Source: a virus
Taxonomy: Duplodnaviria > Caudoviricetes
Length of the DNA: 63,771 bases
IMG/VR virus record: IMGVR_UViG_3300027741_000060
Span: 1 to 63,771 of that record
Reading direction: 5' to 3' (one strand)
Shown in pieces: positions 38,701 to 46,103 of the stretch. Position numbers and translations under genes: made by a program. Under the pieces are notes generated by a model. The model worked only from the letters and a program-made list of their open reading frames with translations. It was not told the origin of the DNA and did not search any database. The number at the start of each line of letters is the position of its first letter. Positions within the stretch are counted from its first letter, which is position 1.

Positions 38701-40726
38701 AATTAAACAATCGTACGCCACCGCGGAATTCCAACACTGGGCGGCGTGCACGATAGGCATTGTCCAAACTGGGGACTACACCGTTGTATTCTGCTGTGGC
38801 TGAGATCACATCAGTATGGAACCAACGATTGCTTCGACTCCAGGCATTGAGGTCCGGACTGGCACGATTGATTGTGAGATAGTCTGTGACCACAGGTTGA
38901 TTAAGGCTGGCGTCAAAATTGCCGTCATCGAATCCCACAGAATCAAATGGCAAAGTCAAACTCTTGGTGTAAGGTTCGGGAGTGACATAGTTGCCAACTG
39001 GTAACAATTGAATAGCAGAGCCAACACCTTCCACATAGTATTGTTGATTTTGATAACTTTCAGGCACAATATTGCCGCGGAACTGTACCTTGAGTCCGTT
39101 GGTGAACTTTACACCATTAGGACTGGTGTACTGTGATTTACCAACAATTTCTTCGATGTACAAAGTGGTTGAGCCCGTGGGATCCACCATTCTCAACTGT
39201 CCCACAATTCCAGGGTCGGTACCATCTTGGTAGTACAAGATGTTTTGAATGGCTGTGAGCAAGGGAATTCCTTCGATCACCCCCGATGCATTTCGATACC
39301 ACTCGGTCTTGGAATATTCAGCACCATATGCCACGGAGAATTTTTGCAATTTGTCAACCAGTAAAACACTGTTCAATTGCAAATAAACCGCACCATACTC
39401 ATCAGTTTGATAACGAATTTGCCACACACTGGTTCGGAGATTCTGATCTGTTATGTCTCCCCAGCCGTTGGCAGAATCCAAAAACACAATGGTACGGCCA
39501 TCAAAACTGGATACTCCGTCGATGCCACCATGTTCAGCCAAGAATGGTGCCAGGAACTGATTGTTGATTTGATTAAATGTCAAATTGGTCACAAAATCAA
39601 CTGGCACTGGTGTTGTTGAATTTCCAATGTAAGACAATCCATAATAAAAATTCTGTGCGGTGTTGTAGGGCACCGCAAAATTTACTACACCTAGATCTTC
39701 ACCATTGTTGGTGACACCTAGCACATCTCGACTGGATATATTGGGTGCCCAAGGCAACTGACCAGACACACCTGGTGCTGCTTGAATCCAGAATCCGGGA
39801 CCGGTGCCTGGAGTACCGTCAACAATATTGATCACACCCTGCATGTTGAATTGATTCTGACAGGCATAATACAAGGTGTCGGGTGCGTCTTGTGGCACCA
39901 CAAATGTTATCGATCCTGTGACTGAACCATTTCTAGCAACACCAGTGTTGTAGGCATCTTCAGTGCCCTGCGAGGGCTGTGTTTTGATCCAGAACGGAAA
40001 TACACCACCGGTCATGGCCAGATCAAACACATAGGTATTGCCACGAGCCAAGGTCAGTGTGAGATTGGGTTGATAGTCAATGAGGTAGGCCGAGGTTCCT
40101 GTGTTGCCCACACGAAAGTTCACAGTCTCCTTGGCATTTTGTGCCACTTGAAAAGTGTAATTGCCACCGCGTAGGAGAGAGATAACTGGATTATCTCCGG
40201 GATAGTTACCGATCTCGCTTTCTACTGTGTAAACACCGTTGGCACGAGTGATCACAAAGCGGTTGGCAATGGGAACTGTGCCAGCATACACATCCACAGG
40301 ATCCGGGCCACCTGGCAACCAGTAGTACTGACTGAAATTCACCAGTTTGTCAAAGTCAACAAACGGATCCCAGGTGTAGTAGTCACTGGTGTAGAGTCGA
40401 TTGCTGTTGGCAGTGTCGGCACCTTGCAAAGCCAGAGCATTGCTGATGCCAGGGTAGGTAATAGTGTCTTGAATCCGATTGCTGTCAGGATCCAGCATGA
40501 CCACACCAGGTTCCAGTTGATAGTTAACTCGTTCGGCTGTGGGTTCTATCACATAACGATCTGTGGCATTGACTCCGGGTCCCACTCTGCGACCCACATA
40601 GCCCTGAGTTTTTTTGAATCGGGGCTCTTGAACCAGCTGATCCAGGGTAGCCGACAATACCTGTCGGTTGGTAGGCGTTTGAAATATTTCCGGGAGGAAA
40701 TCAACAGTTCTCACACGATCAACCAT
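26723..40726 (-). CDS. Giant baseplate wedge/virion structural protein (4667 aa, gp7-position)
   Basis: Uninterrupted ORF after gp6; FG-GAP-like repeats (FGxxV...VGAP), GDGxTxxF repeats, GGSGYT repeats, VKPYH motif. Confidence 0.8.
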   Translation of the reverse strand: MVDRVRTVDFLPEIFQTPTNRQVLSATLDQLVQEPRFKKTQGYVGRRVGPGVNATDRYVIEPTAERVNYQLEPGVVMLDPDSNRIQDTITYPGISNALALQGADTANSNRLYTSDYYTWDPFVDFDKLVNFSQYYWLPGGPDPVDVYAGTVPIANRFVITRANGVYTVESEIGNYPGDNPVISLLRGGNYTFQVAQNAKETVNFRVGNTGTSAYLIDYQPNLTLTLARGNTYVFDLAMTGGVFPFWIKTQPSQGTEDAYNTGVARNGSVTGSITFVVPQDAPDTLYYACQNQFNMQGVINIVDGTPGTGPGFWIQAAPGVSGQLPWAPNISSRDVLGVTNNGEDLGVVNFAVPYNTAQNFYYGLSYIGNSTTPVPVDFVTNLTFNQINNQFLAPFLAEHGGIDGVSSFDGRTIVFLDSANGWGDITDQNLRTSVWQIRYQTDEYGAVYLQLNSVLLVDKLQKFSVAYGAEYSKTEWYRNASGVIEGIPLLTAIQNILYYQDGTDPGIVGQLRMVDPTGSTTLYIEEIVGKSQYTSPNGVKFTNGLKVQFRGNIVPESYQNQQYYVEGVGSAIQLLPVGNYVTPEPYTKSLTLPFDSVGFDDGNFDASLNQPVVTDYLTINRASPDLNAWSRSNRWFHTDVISATAEYNGVVPSLDNAYRARRPVLEFRGGVRLFNSGTQAKQPIDIIDFGVTDAFSTVNGTTGYGVDGYQFRSGTRVIFAADQDPQVRNKIYQVTFISPDTEPPVITQPIINLVPAADAEVTIDQTVLCLDGLTLQGTTFYFDGVDWIQAQQKNSVNQAPLFDIYDSTGTSLANREKYFSSTFTGTKLFSYAVGAGTIDPVLGFPLRYLSLSNIGDIVFDNNLYTDTFVYVSNSAGVTENISMGFARQYSNRVEFSQLTGWQTAVTKSLVRQQFQFAYDGTPLRLDVPVAENSAIPAVLLYVGSQFQSPDRYTVTTTAATTTIVLNQAYAPGAVIEVAVLSDQVSAQGFYQVPVNLENNPFNANSPVFTLGTARSHYETIGENLIGLTGPINGANNSRDLGNIVPYGLQILQQSSPMTLAGFFMRDQAYDIFKSLAFNDREYTKFKSRMLQAVVSGEWINDTPSDILDAVVTELGTGKNDTNSFYWSDMLPAGVRSTTNKYTVTAISTATFDTVQTYDFDTANYRALLVWVNDRMLAINTEYVVAENGPRLTILIPLRVGDVVSIREYANTAGNYVPNTPTKLGLYPAWRPRIFVDPNYVNPTPVIQGHDGSVTVAFGDVRDSVLLEFELRIYNNLKTQNNPVPLTIAEVLPGYFRTTDYSAAEITGILSESFLTWVGWNKLDYRSQDYVANNAFTYNYSAAGDRLNNQPLLGAWRGIYRYFYDTLSPNLTPWEMLGFTEQPSWWENRYGPAPYTSDNLVLWDDLAQGLVADPSGFRVRPEYVRPNLQYYIPVGTEGELLPPLDSVVGQYDPNVWRKSWVVGDGGPVEAAWWTSSSYPFAVMRLLSLTRPAEFFSLFADRDLYRYNTDFGQYLYNNRYRLDASGIEVYGNGVSKASYINWIVDYNQQLGINSTSALQAQLASLDVRLCYRMASFSDKQYMKVYAERSSPDSQNSSLLLPDESYNLSLYKNVPFAYVNYSAVIVQSTDTGYAVLGYSTTDPYFNIFASRSNGQLQTISAGGSTVRVPRQYYDNIVQVPYGFNFANQTAVADFLLCYGEYLTSQGLTFTTRENGYTLDWQQMAREFLYWANQGWATGSVINLNPVATRLEATRAGAVIDSIQFQNPENLVIDQNRLPVNARDLVIERLGNFFSITSTTSSSIAYIQLRFTNYEHLVVLDNVSIFNDLIYNPTTGARQSRINLVAATSTDWNGTLDAQGFVLNQDNVKPWQPNRRYARGEIVLYKNNYWSAQGIVQPKLEFDYNDWFKSDYARIQRGLLPNIANKADQLANSYDTQRANLESDNDLLSYGLIGFRPRQYMTDLNLDDVSQVNLYQQFIADKGTIRAAEIFTGANLGKETAEYNIYENWAVKRGTYGANANRSFFELKLNAADLQSDPATIQVINPGESSLANQTVFLSDLWRQSFKITSTDILPTTYTQVTDVALPTAGYVNFNDVDITMFSLDDPTNLSQNIGNIGIGTRIWVAKVNNYDWDIYRANKTPGFIGAISDNLNGTSQVVFTQAHGLKRGDLLVIKYFDSAVNGVYRVLNMDDSAPNVLTIAYDFGRSKQHIIEGQGIGFFLQTMRVKQASDVAALPYATELRSGARAWVDNDGAGHWQVLEKQQPFTTGADLITGIVSENTNFGSAVAQAYNNAGALIGAPGYNSSRGAVYGYGGNQDTAYTQTAILELSAVDTVNYGASVEFGHQVWAVAGAPASASGMGYATVIKFSQISNAYDITQLLTVPDGDFSVRGFGTAVAVSQDERWMYVSAPGANRVYAYGRVDVEDQSVTYTTTGVKGYNYSNSIMIDQPDQLTVAINDVVYALDVDYTVNLSTGAVVFTIPPQAQQLLTITRRMDHSFTGDGSTVTFSFSPYLYGIDGVESFLLSVNSVLQRPGIDYVVDEDSQVVFNSAPAVDTSITATVNTYFKYIDTISVPGLDADAEFGQSLSVTTDGRQIVVGAPGATVGSVESGSAYVFDRYVTRYQITDVDQTTYAIPAEWRAPVAVLLNNRYLTNSASYIGGEFSVVGNNIVLSSSVSLSPGDALDIESNQFSLVEEFSSHVQFDEASYGAAVDMCPYNCSIYVGAPTDGSVLVQAGSVERRVNQSRVYGVTVSQVANPTLVAGDVVRINNYPVAVPAAPDTNIAGLINAINNSGIPNVVATPTRNVKFTADGITQTFDVGNIYSAAASYTPVVYVGQNLQINNTDYVYDNSTQQIVFFAAPPANQTVTVVSGRMTLSVKNSAAAESFNKLTVLPGASGTAFDDLGFATFVYTQTIVSPLPVAYAEFGSSVTVNTTALTLVVGAPRGNVYEPMDFDSGNTYFDEHSTTYFSPIVGSGVVYTYDYLPSAADSAADPGMFVFGQQIYTSTLADQDRFGDSVNYVTGRLLVGAPGNDPATEPVNYGTVSVFNNTTGTAAWTVKHQQQPVVDVALLNSVFMYNKLASTVTSYLDFFNPLQGKILGVAQENIDYTGAVDPARYNQGSVHNIGQPWSRDHVGEIWWDTNNVRFIDPNQDDTVYASRRWGQVFPGSRVDIYQWIESTQPPANYTGPGTPFSLISYTTRAEIGSNGVIATLYYFWVRNITTVNTVANKRLSTSAIASYIENPRGSGIAYMAPLDASTVAIYNVLDLISATETILHVEYDREANDANVHIEYELIAQGRADSFLSSNLYLKLQDSFCGVNSSGAPVPDPGLSPAERYGVEFRPRQSMFVDRFAALENYLGRANAVLKNYPITEIRKFDLLNSREPEPSTASGAWNQRVVDLTELSYQNLALVNPGWKYLVATDADNNGLWTIYQVVSGAAQNELTLTRVQNYDTALYWSYINWYQPGYNSTVNPVAEVANYAALATLNVPVGASVRVTANSQNKFEIYQRTVTGWDRVGLEDGTIEFSKELWDYGVGRFGFDAEVFDAQYFDQEPVIETRRIIQAINQELFVDDLLIERNRTLMLVFDFVLSEFSAPEWLVKTSLIDVDHRVRSLEPYQIYSQDNQTFVLDYLQEVKPYHVQVREFNLNYNGQDVYAGNISDFDVPAYYNNNLTIPQYVSPILLPYTVSTATGTGTPSDTADTSASATLWTQTPWDQWYNNYLLSIQDVVITDGGSGYTEPPVVTVTGDCTEPAEMTATVDSAGRVYRINIVSPGAGYSTTAVITFSGGNGSSARASAVMGNDLVRSFRTTIRYDRYQYETTIVDWEPGVTYTDSTQVRYVNRVWSAVGTVESDSFDPSNWQLVDPATLSGVDRTMGLYVPAVNQPGLSLPLLIDGVEYPGVQVQGVNFDIRPGFDAVGFDSFPFTNLSYEPDGTPTFYLGLLDARYQSSYLDLYLGTRYTDVNVEGGGYVDTYSSHAPEELIPGSEFDTLDLRVYTAPGSDWTGNGHGFRTGITKFVADSTAPVVSFADVLPYPAQIIVSNQTSGLDLNQNHDYSINWLAQEVTISSRVAVGDIVAILVYELGGGNQLFKQTYVGSDIGESVTIPVQYSLIQDLAIFVNGNIIMGYSYEQAQSNTTLVVFDTPGIADTDFVLIVAVGATVVGDTTTAYNWSAPQTQQFVSAGEMSYTLTNSLIYSNPDTAVITVNGRRARSSAGVAYLADGSVGYQLPTRIGISQGTIPDVDVRVYVNDIPQILNVDYGVESWDGETPREVIFVDPPSSGESVKIYVTTGAQAYIASGQLQFVPGSGLTPLAGDIVSVTTWNDTRQQDILTQVYVGATTINQVVQEAYDTTDFDTGDVVDEPGSFDYAAGEIVTVNQLLLDQPVENPDRLWVTLNGLKLYPNQDFDLVGNEIVLLSGRILKPTDTVVVSEFTNSTVPEAMAFRIFQDMRGVQEIYRITVNTSTELTQDLLATDDVIHVKNASALTEPDLSESGNSWGVLTIQGERIMYRVRDTVTNTITSLRRGTGGTGAADHAAGSAVYDMSRGNLLASQYQDRVLSNITYPLVSGENLGDGVTKIFVAQTIDLDTGDSTSLNLAVEVYLGGTRLLTGFEVIADAPVTVEFDTAPPAGVEVAILVRQGVTWYAPGEGTASNGVALQDTDTPAARFLCGN

Positions 40727-43700
40727 TATATTACTCCACTACCAGGCGCTGTGCGAATGTTGGTAGATGTCAATGCATCAATCACTTGTATGTTGTTCAC
40801 TGTGGCAGAATTGACAAATATCTCATTGGGTGCCGAACGAATTTCATAGAGGTCACCAAAGCTCTTGCCCGAATCCAAGGGAACCAGTACCACTGAACTC
40901 ACCAAGGTGCCAATCTGACTGTGAAGATATGCAGCCAGTTCCGAGAAATAAAATGTGTTGCCAAAGTCCCAGTTTTCAATAGCAAAGTAAGCATCAATGT
41001 TGGCCACCACTGCAGTTCTCACTTCACTGTCGCTGGCTGTGGAATTTGCAGCCTTGATCACTTTGATAGTGGCTCTCAGAGCCGGCGCTGCTTTGGCGCC
41101 AAACAAGGGCTTGAACACCACAGAGTTCATGACCATGTTGTCAGAAATCATTTTGTAATCTTGCAGGCCGCTGTAGGCCGTGGTCAACTGATCAATGGTG
41201 GGACGCTCAGGCTCAGGTATGGTACCGGTGCTGTCTGTGATGTAGTTGCGATAGGCAGTGTAATATTCGGCTGTGACCAAGTACAAGTCAATAATATTGG
41301 AAGACCCAGGATCAATCCTGTTGGTGAGAGGACTGTTGTGACGATACTGAAAATAAAGATCTTGCCGACCAGTTTTCACTGCATAGGTTTTGTCTTCCAC
41401 TAGCAATCGACTGCCAGTGACAGTAACGGTCAACACATAAAACACTTGATCTTGATAGGCATAAAACACTTGATCTGGCAAGTACTCGTCCTTGACCAAG
41501 TCAATGTCATAGAGTGTGGCATACTCGGCATTGACACGACCTGATTCCACCAACAGGTAGCGTTCCAGGTTATCAAAGTCCACGGTGCGCTGAAAGAACA
41601 CCAGCTTGGTATTGGAGTCAACTGCAGGAGCAACAATTTCATCAAAAAAGTCAGGATTGTCAGGCACGCCGTCGTTGTCAGTGTCTTGATAGGACACAAC
41701 CACTTGATAGTCATCCACAAATCCATCGGGCTGTATGGGTTGGTCAATGATTCTCAGTGTGACATCACTGCTCAAGGGTCTGTTGCTGTCGGGCTGGCTG
41801 TTGACCTTGAGCACTCGCACAAAGTCTCGAATGGTGGTGCCAGTACGACTGTCAAAAATCTGCTGATCACCGTAGAAGAAAAATCTTGTTTGCAACACAC
41901 TACCAAAATAATAGTTGAGTCCACGACTGGTCACAGTGTAGTTGACTCCGTCGGTGATGAACTGAAAGAACCAACTGGCATCTTGACCAGTGCCTGTGGT
42001 GCTTTGAGCATTGGTCAAATCAAACGGTGCATCTACGGCCAAGTTGGTGGCAGTAATCAAGTACCAAGTGGCTGTGAGATTGTTGTAACCCAGACCAAAG
42101 TTTCTGTAGAGATTGATCTGTGCTGCCATACTCTGTCTCAAATCCGTAGGGAATTCAGTCACAAACACTGGAATCACTTGGGTACACACAGCACCCATGG
42201 GAATGTAATTGTTAAGTGTAATGGGACCAGTGCCATTATCAAAGTTACCGCGACCTTGATTGGTACCATCAATGTAAATGGCCTGGGGGCAGGCCCAGAC
42301 TATTAATTTTTCATCAGCCCGAGTGGGCACGCCGGCTTGCAATCGGTTGTTAACATCAAAGAAATAACCAGCAGGAGGTTCAAACTTGATCAAGGATCCC
42401 ACAGTAATGTATCTGGCATTGGTAGAAGAAAAAGCGCCCACTGCAATTGCATAACCGGTGCTGCCTTGAAAATATCCCGTGGTTTCATTGGCCAAGGTGG
42501 TGCTGAGATGCCAGGTCATGCTCTGCGCTGTGAGTGGTGGACGAGGATAGTTTGCGTAGTAAAACTGCTGTGCAGACGCTTGTGACAACAATGGTTGTGC
42601 TTGATTCACAATCACATTACCAATGTCATTGATAGTGAGCCAAGAAAACAAAAATGTTGGCAACACTGTTTGTTCATAGAGAGCACCGTCGCTGCTGAAT
42701 GTGTTGGTACTGGAATATTTGCCAGTGTTGTCCACAAGATCAAGATAACGACTGGTGCCAATAGACGCACGATTCAAGGCCTTGCTCTTGATAATGGAAT
42801 TGTAAGCTGTGAACGGGAAGTTGTTGTAGTCTTCGCCATTGACCATGCGATTCTGTGTGTAGTAGCGTGCAGGAGCTCGTTGCTTGATAGCATCCAGAGT
42901 TTCTCTGGGCAAAGCATTGCTGACCGGTTCAGTGATACCGCAAGTAAATGTCAGCGTTTCTAGCTGTCCGTTACGACTTATGTAACTGACGGGCAGCACC
43001 ACGCTCTGCATTTCTTCAGGATTGATAATGTACTGCAAGCCGTTGCTGGCACGAACATAGGCTCGGAAAAATCCCACTGGAATTTCAGAAAACACACCAT
43101 CACCAAAGTTCATGGAAATTTGATCGTTGGTACGACTGGTCACTGAAAATAACTTGCGCAGGTTAGGACTCAGCTGTTCCACTGCCGCTGTGTAAACACT
43201 TTCCACAAACTCCCACTCGCTGGCAATGTTTCCCACATTGTCTAATTGGTATAACCAACGATCTTGGTTGTTGATGCCTTCAATATTGATGTTGACTGAA
43301 CGATTTGAAATTCTTTCAGCCAGGTTGAAGTCTTGATTCTGCAGCACACCTTGCTTGAAGTAAAAGAAGTAACCAGTGTTGGCACTGGCAAAACCCAGTT
43401 GATCGTTGCGGAACAACACATTGAATTCGCCATTGGGACGGGGTGCGGGTTCGTAAACATAGTCACGGCCCGAAATGGTAGCATTCACAGCTTCAAATGG
43501 CATGTTGACGCCATTGATGGTGGCACTGTAGGGTATCACCGGCAAGTAACCCGACACCAAATTTATGGTATACTCATCAGTCCTCACACCTTGAATAGTG
43601 GTTCTGTTGCCGGGACGACCAATACGCTGTGTGTTGACTAGAGCAGAATTGAGAATCACAGAAAACTGCTCTTGCCAGTCAAAGTTGGTGGGATCAGCCC

Positions 43701-44130
43701 AGTTCACTGTGATGTTGGCCAGGTTGATGCCGTTGTAGTCAAACACATTTTCTGTGGTCTGCACTGAAAACACCTTGAGATAGCCCGAAGCTGCGGTGTT
43801 GCGCTTGGGTGTGTAGCTGACCAAGTTGGCCAACTTGATCACTGAGTCTCGGCGTTCGGCTGTGTCTAGGTAATTTTCGCGTGTGTTGAGATCGGTACGA
43901 AAGGCCAAGGCCTGGCCCATGAACGCCATCACATCCAACAGCGCAATGAATTCAGATGACTCAATGTAGTCGTTGAAGGTTTCGGGATAGTACAGGCGCA
44001 AGTAGTCCACAAAACTCTTGCGCAGAGTTTCAAAATCATAGCTTTGAAAATCAGCTTCTCTGTAGGTTTGATAGATTCTTTTCCAATCCTCTACCCCAAA
44101 GATTGCAGTTTGTCTAGTGGTTTTTGCCAT
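40726..44130 (-). CDS. gp6: Baseplate wedge subunit gp6-like
   Basis: SYDFETLR...FNDYIESSE, ENYLDTAERRDSV, ETLDAIKQRAP...QNRMVNGEDY; follows gp25. Confidence 0.85.
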   Translation of the reverse strand: MAKTTRQTAIFGVEDWKRIYQTYREADFQSYDFETLRKSFVDYLRLYYPETFNDYIESSEFIALLDVMAFMGQALAFRTDLNTRENYLDTAERRDSVIKLANLVSYTPKRNTAASGYLKVFSVQTTENVFDYNGINLANITVNWADPTNFDWQEQFSVILNSALVNTQRIGRPGNRTTIQGVRTDEYTINLVSGYLPVIPYSATINGVNMPFEAVNATISGRDYVYEPAPRPNGEFNVLFRNDQLGFASANTGYFFYFKQGVLQNQDFNLAERISNRSVNINIEGINNQDRWLYQLDNVGNIASEWEFVESVYTAAVEQLSPNLRKLFSVTSRTNDQISMNFGDGVFSEIPVGFFRAYVRASNGLQYIINPEEMQSVVLPVSYISRNGQLETLTFTCGITEPVSNALPRETLDAIKQRAPARYYTQNRMVNGEDYNNFPFTAYNSIIKSKALNRASIGTSRYLDLVDNTGKYSSTNTFSSDGALYEQTVLPTFLFSWLTINDIGNVIVNQAQPLLSQASAQQFYYANYPRPPLTAQSMTWHLSTTLANETTGYFQGSTGYAIAVGAFSSTNARYITVGSLIKFEPPAGYFFDVNNRLQAGVPTRADEKLIVWACPQAIYIDGTNQGRGNFDNGTGPITLNNYIPMGAVCTQVIPVFVTEFPTDLRQSMAAQINLYRNFGLGYNNLTATWYLITATNLAVDAPFDLTNAQSTTGTGQDASWFFQFITDGVNYTVTSRGLNYYFGSVLQTRFFFYGDQQIFDSRTGTTIRDFVRVLKVNSQPDSNRPLSSDVTLRIIDQPIQPDGFVDDYQVVVSYQDTDNDGVPDNPDFFDEIVAPAVDSNTKLVFFQRTVDFDNLERYLLVESGRVNAEYATLYDIDLVKDEYLPDQVFYAYQDQVFYVLTVTVTGSRLLVEDKTYAVKTGRQDLYFQYRHNSPLTNRIDPGSSNIIDLYLVTAEYYTAYRNYITDSTGTIPEPERPTIDQLTTAYSGLQDYKMISDNMVMNSVVFKPLFGAKAAPALRATIKVIKAANSTASDSEVRTAVVANIDAYFAIENWDFGNTFYFSELAAYLHSQIGTLVSSVVLVPLDSGKSFGDLYEIRSAPNEIFVNSATVNNIQVIDALTSTNIRTAPGSGVI

Positions 44131-44148
44131 GTGTATTCCGTGTTGAAT

Positions 44149-44154
44149 TATTTA
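44149..44154 (-). promoter_or_regulatory. T4-type late promoter motif TAAATA
   Basis: CATAAATA in the gp25-gp6 intergenic region. Confidence 0.55.
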
Positions 44155-44175
44155 TGGCGGAAATAAACGGCGTAG

Positions 44176-44550
44176 TTATACGAATGAAGCTCGGCGTGTT
44201 TCTTGGTTGAAAAATATGTTGAGTCGTTCGGCATCAGTACTGGGCACCACACTCAAGGCCAGCTGTATCAGGATACCGTTTTCCTGGGGAAACAGTTGTA
44301 CATCACTGAGATACAAGCGCGGATCACCGGCTATCACACGCTGTATTTCAGCCAGCATAGCAGTTTCTGTGGCTTGCACTTGATTCTCAAACAAAAAGCT
44401 CCACAGCGCACAGCCATAGCTGGGTCTGCCCACCAGCTGTCCAGGTATGATGTTGAAGGCATTTAGTAGGTCACGCTTGATCAGCTCAAAGTCAGTGAGC
44501 GTGAACTTTTTGGGTTGATCTATGGTATTGAATCCGATGAATGTGGTCAT
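44176..44550 (-). CDS. gp25: Baseplate wedge subunit gp25-like
   Basis: LTDFELIKRDLLNAF, PSYGCALWSFLFE, DPRL motifs; 124 aa; upstream of gp6. Confidence 0.85.
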   Translation of the reverse strand: MTTFIGFNTIDQPKKFTLTDFELIKRDLLNAFNIIPGQLVGRPSYGCALWSFLFENQVQATETAMLAEIQRVIAGDPRLYLSDVQLFPQENGILIQLALSVVPSTDAERLNIFFNQETRRASFV

Positions 44551-44556
44551 AATGTG

Positions 44557-44562
44557 TATTTA
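44557..44562 (-). promoter_or_regulatory. T4-type late promoter motif TAAATA
   Basis: ATTAAATA immediately upstream of gp25 ATG. Confidence 0.5.
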
Positions 44563-46101
44563 ATTATAATCAGGCGGGCGCGGTGGAAGGTCAGGTGGAC
44601 GGGGGTAGCCCAACTCGGTCAAGCTGGGCAAGCCACGACGCAGTCGTTCACGATTCACACGATCCCATACTGTGTTGTCATCCCCGGTGTAAGTGAGATC
44701 TTCATCTTTGGTGTTGCTGGCCAAAGATTGTTCAAATCCGGCCACGGATTGTTCAATGCCACCTCCGCCAAATGCAGGCAGGCCAATTTTGCCACTGCCC
44801 ACAATCTTGCTCATGGCCGAATCCAGGGTTGATCGGTCCACAGTGCCCCCAAACGCACCCAGAGGCGCAGGACCGGTCACAGCAGAGGGCAATTTCATTT
44901 CGGGGAAATTCACAGCAAACTCACCTTGTTTGGCCAAGCTGTTCATGCTGGCAGCCAGATTGCCCGAGGGCAATGCACCCTTGGCCCAGTCTGTGGCAGG
45001 ACCAGCACCAAATTTGCTGGCATTTTCCAAGAGGCCGCCCAGCTTGGCTGTGCCGCTGGAGGAAACTGATCCTACAACTTTTCCCAGGCTCGATGCTGCT
45101 CCGGATATGCCTCCCGAAGCAAATGCAGCATCAACCGAGGGAATTGACCCAGTTTTGATATCAACACCAGCTGCCGAGAGTGAAGATCCAAATTGACCTG
45201 CTGCCGATAAGCCACTGGACTTGAGACTGTCGAGTTTACCAGTCACCATGTTTTTGACATCACCAAGAGTGGCATCAGGTCCCAGTTGTGGCAACAACGG
45301 GGCATCCAACAGTTTGGCCAGCTTGAACTGATTGATTTTTTTGGGTTCGCCAGTATCACTTTCAACTTCGGCTTTGATGGCATCTATCTTGCTGGCAAAC
45401 GATGCCGGTACTCCGCCTTTGATTCCTGTCAAGTTGGCCAGGGCGCCCAAACCCCCTGACGCACCACCTGATGCAAATGCTGCATCAATGGCAGGCACTT
45501 GGCCGGTTTTGATATCGACTCCAGCGGCTGTGAGTGAAGACCCAAACCCCGAGGCCATGGACTCTCCAGATGATTTCAGTCCACCCAAGGTGCTGCCCAA
45601 TGAGCCTTTGATTCCGGAAATTTTGTTTTCCACATCCAGTCCACCAATGATACCATCAATCTTGGCTGTGATTGCCGGAGCTTGTGCATCTATGGCGGCC
45701 ACACGACCAGTGGCCACATCGACTCCGGCACCACTCAAGGCCGATTTGAAACTGCCCAAGGATCCGCCCAGTGAACTTTTGATACCACCCAAGGTGTCTC
45801 CCAATGATTTTCCATTGCCTGACAGGGAATCTTTGAGTCCGTCCAAGGAACCCAAGGGATTGCTGGTGACTTTGCTGAATCCGGTGTCAGACATCACCTT
45901 GCCCAACAAACTTTTCACAGGTTCAGCGCCTTGTTGAATAGCACCTGAATCCACCAGCTTGTTGTAATTGGCTTTGATCAAGTCTCCCTGAATCTTGTCC
46001 TGTAGTTGACTGTTGCCCAGGATATCTTGCACACCCTTGACCCCGTCCTTGCCGGTCCACACATTGGTGCTCTTCATCACACTTTCAAACAAACTGGCCA
46101 T
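44560..46101 (-). CDS. Gly/Ser-rich virion protein with internal repeats
   Basis: VWTGKDGV N-terminal motif; three FxSxLxxAGVDxxTG repeats; lies between gp5 and gp25. Confidence 0.65.
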   Translation of the reverse strand: MASLFESVMKSTNVWTGKDGVKGVQDILGNSQLQDKIQGDLIKANYNKLVDSGAIQQGAEPVKSLLGKVMSDTGFSKVTSNPLGSLDGLKDSLSGNGKSLGDTLGGIKSSLGGSLGSFKSALSGAGVDVATGRVAAIDAQAPAITAKIDGIIGGLDVENKISGIKGSLGSTLGGLKSSGESMASGFGSSLTAAGVDIKTGQVPAIDAAFASGGASGGLGALANLTGIKGGVPASFASKIDAIKAEVESDTGEPKKINQFKLAKLLDAPLLPQLGPDATLGDVKNMVTGKLDSLKSSGLSAAGQFGSSLSAAGVDIKTGSIPSVDAAFASGGISGAASSLGKVVGSVSSSGTAKLGGLLENASKFGAGPATDWAKGALPSGNLAASMNSLAKQGEFAVNFPEMKLPSAVTGPAPLGAFGGTVDRSTLDSAMSKIVGSGKIGLPAFGGGGIEQSVAGFEQSLASNTKDEDLTYTGDDNTVWDRVNRERLRRGLPSLTELGYPRPPDLPPRPPDYN

Positions 46102-46103
46102 GG

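Noticed and set aside
45110-45760. Possible CRISPR array or DGR template/variable repeats
   Set aside because: The repeats are degenerate, in frame and protein-coding. There is no spacer pattern, adenine-specific variation or reverse transcriptase.
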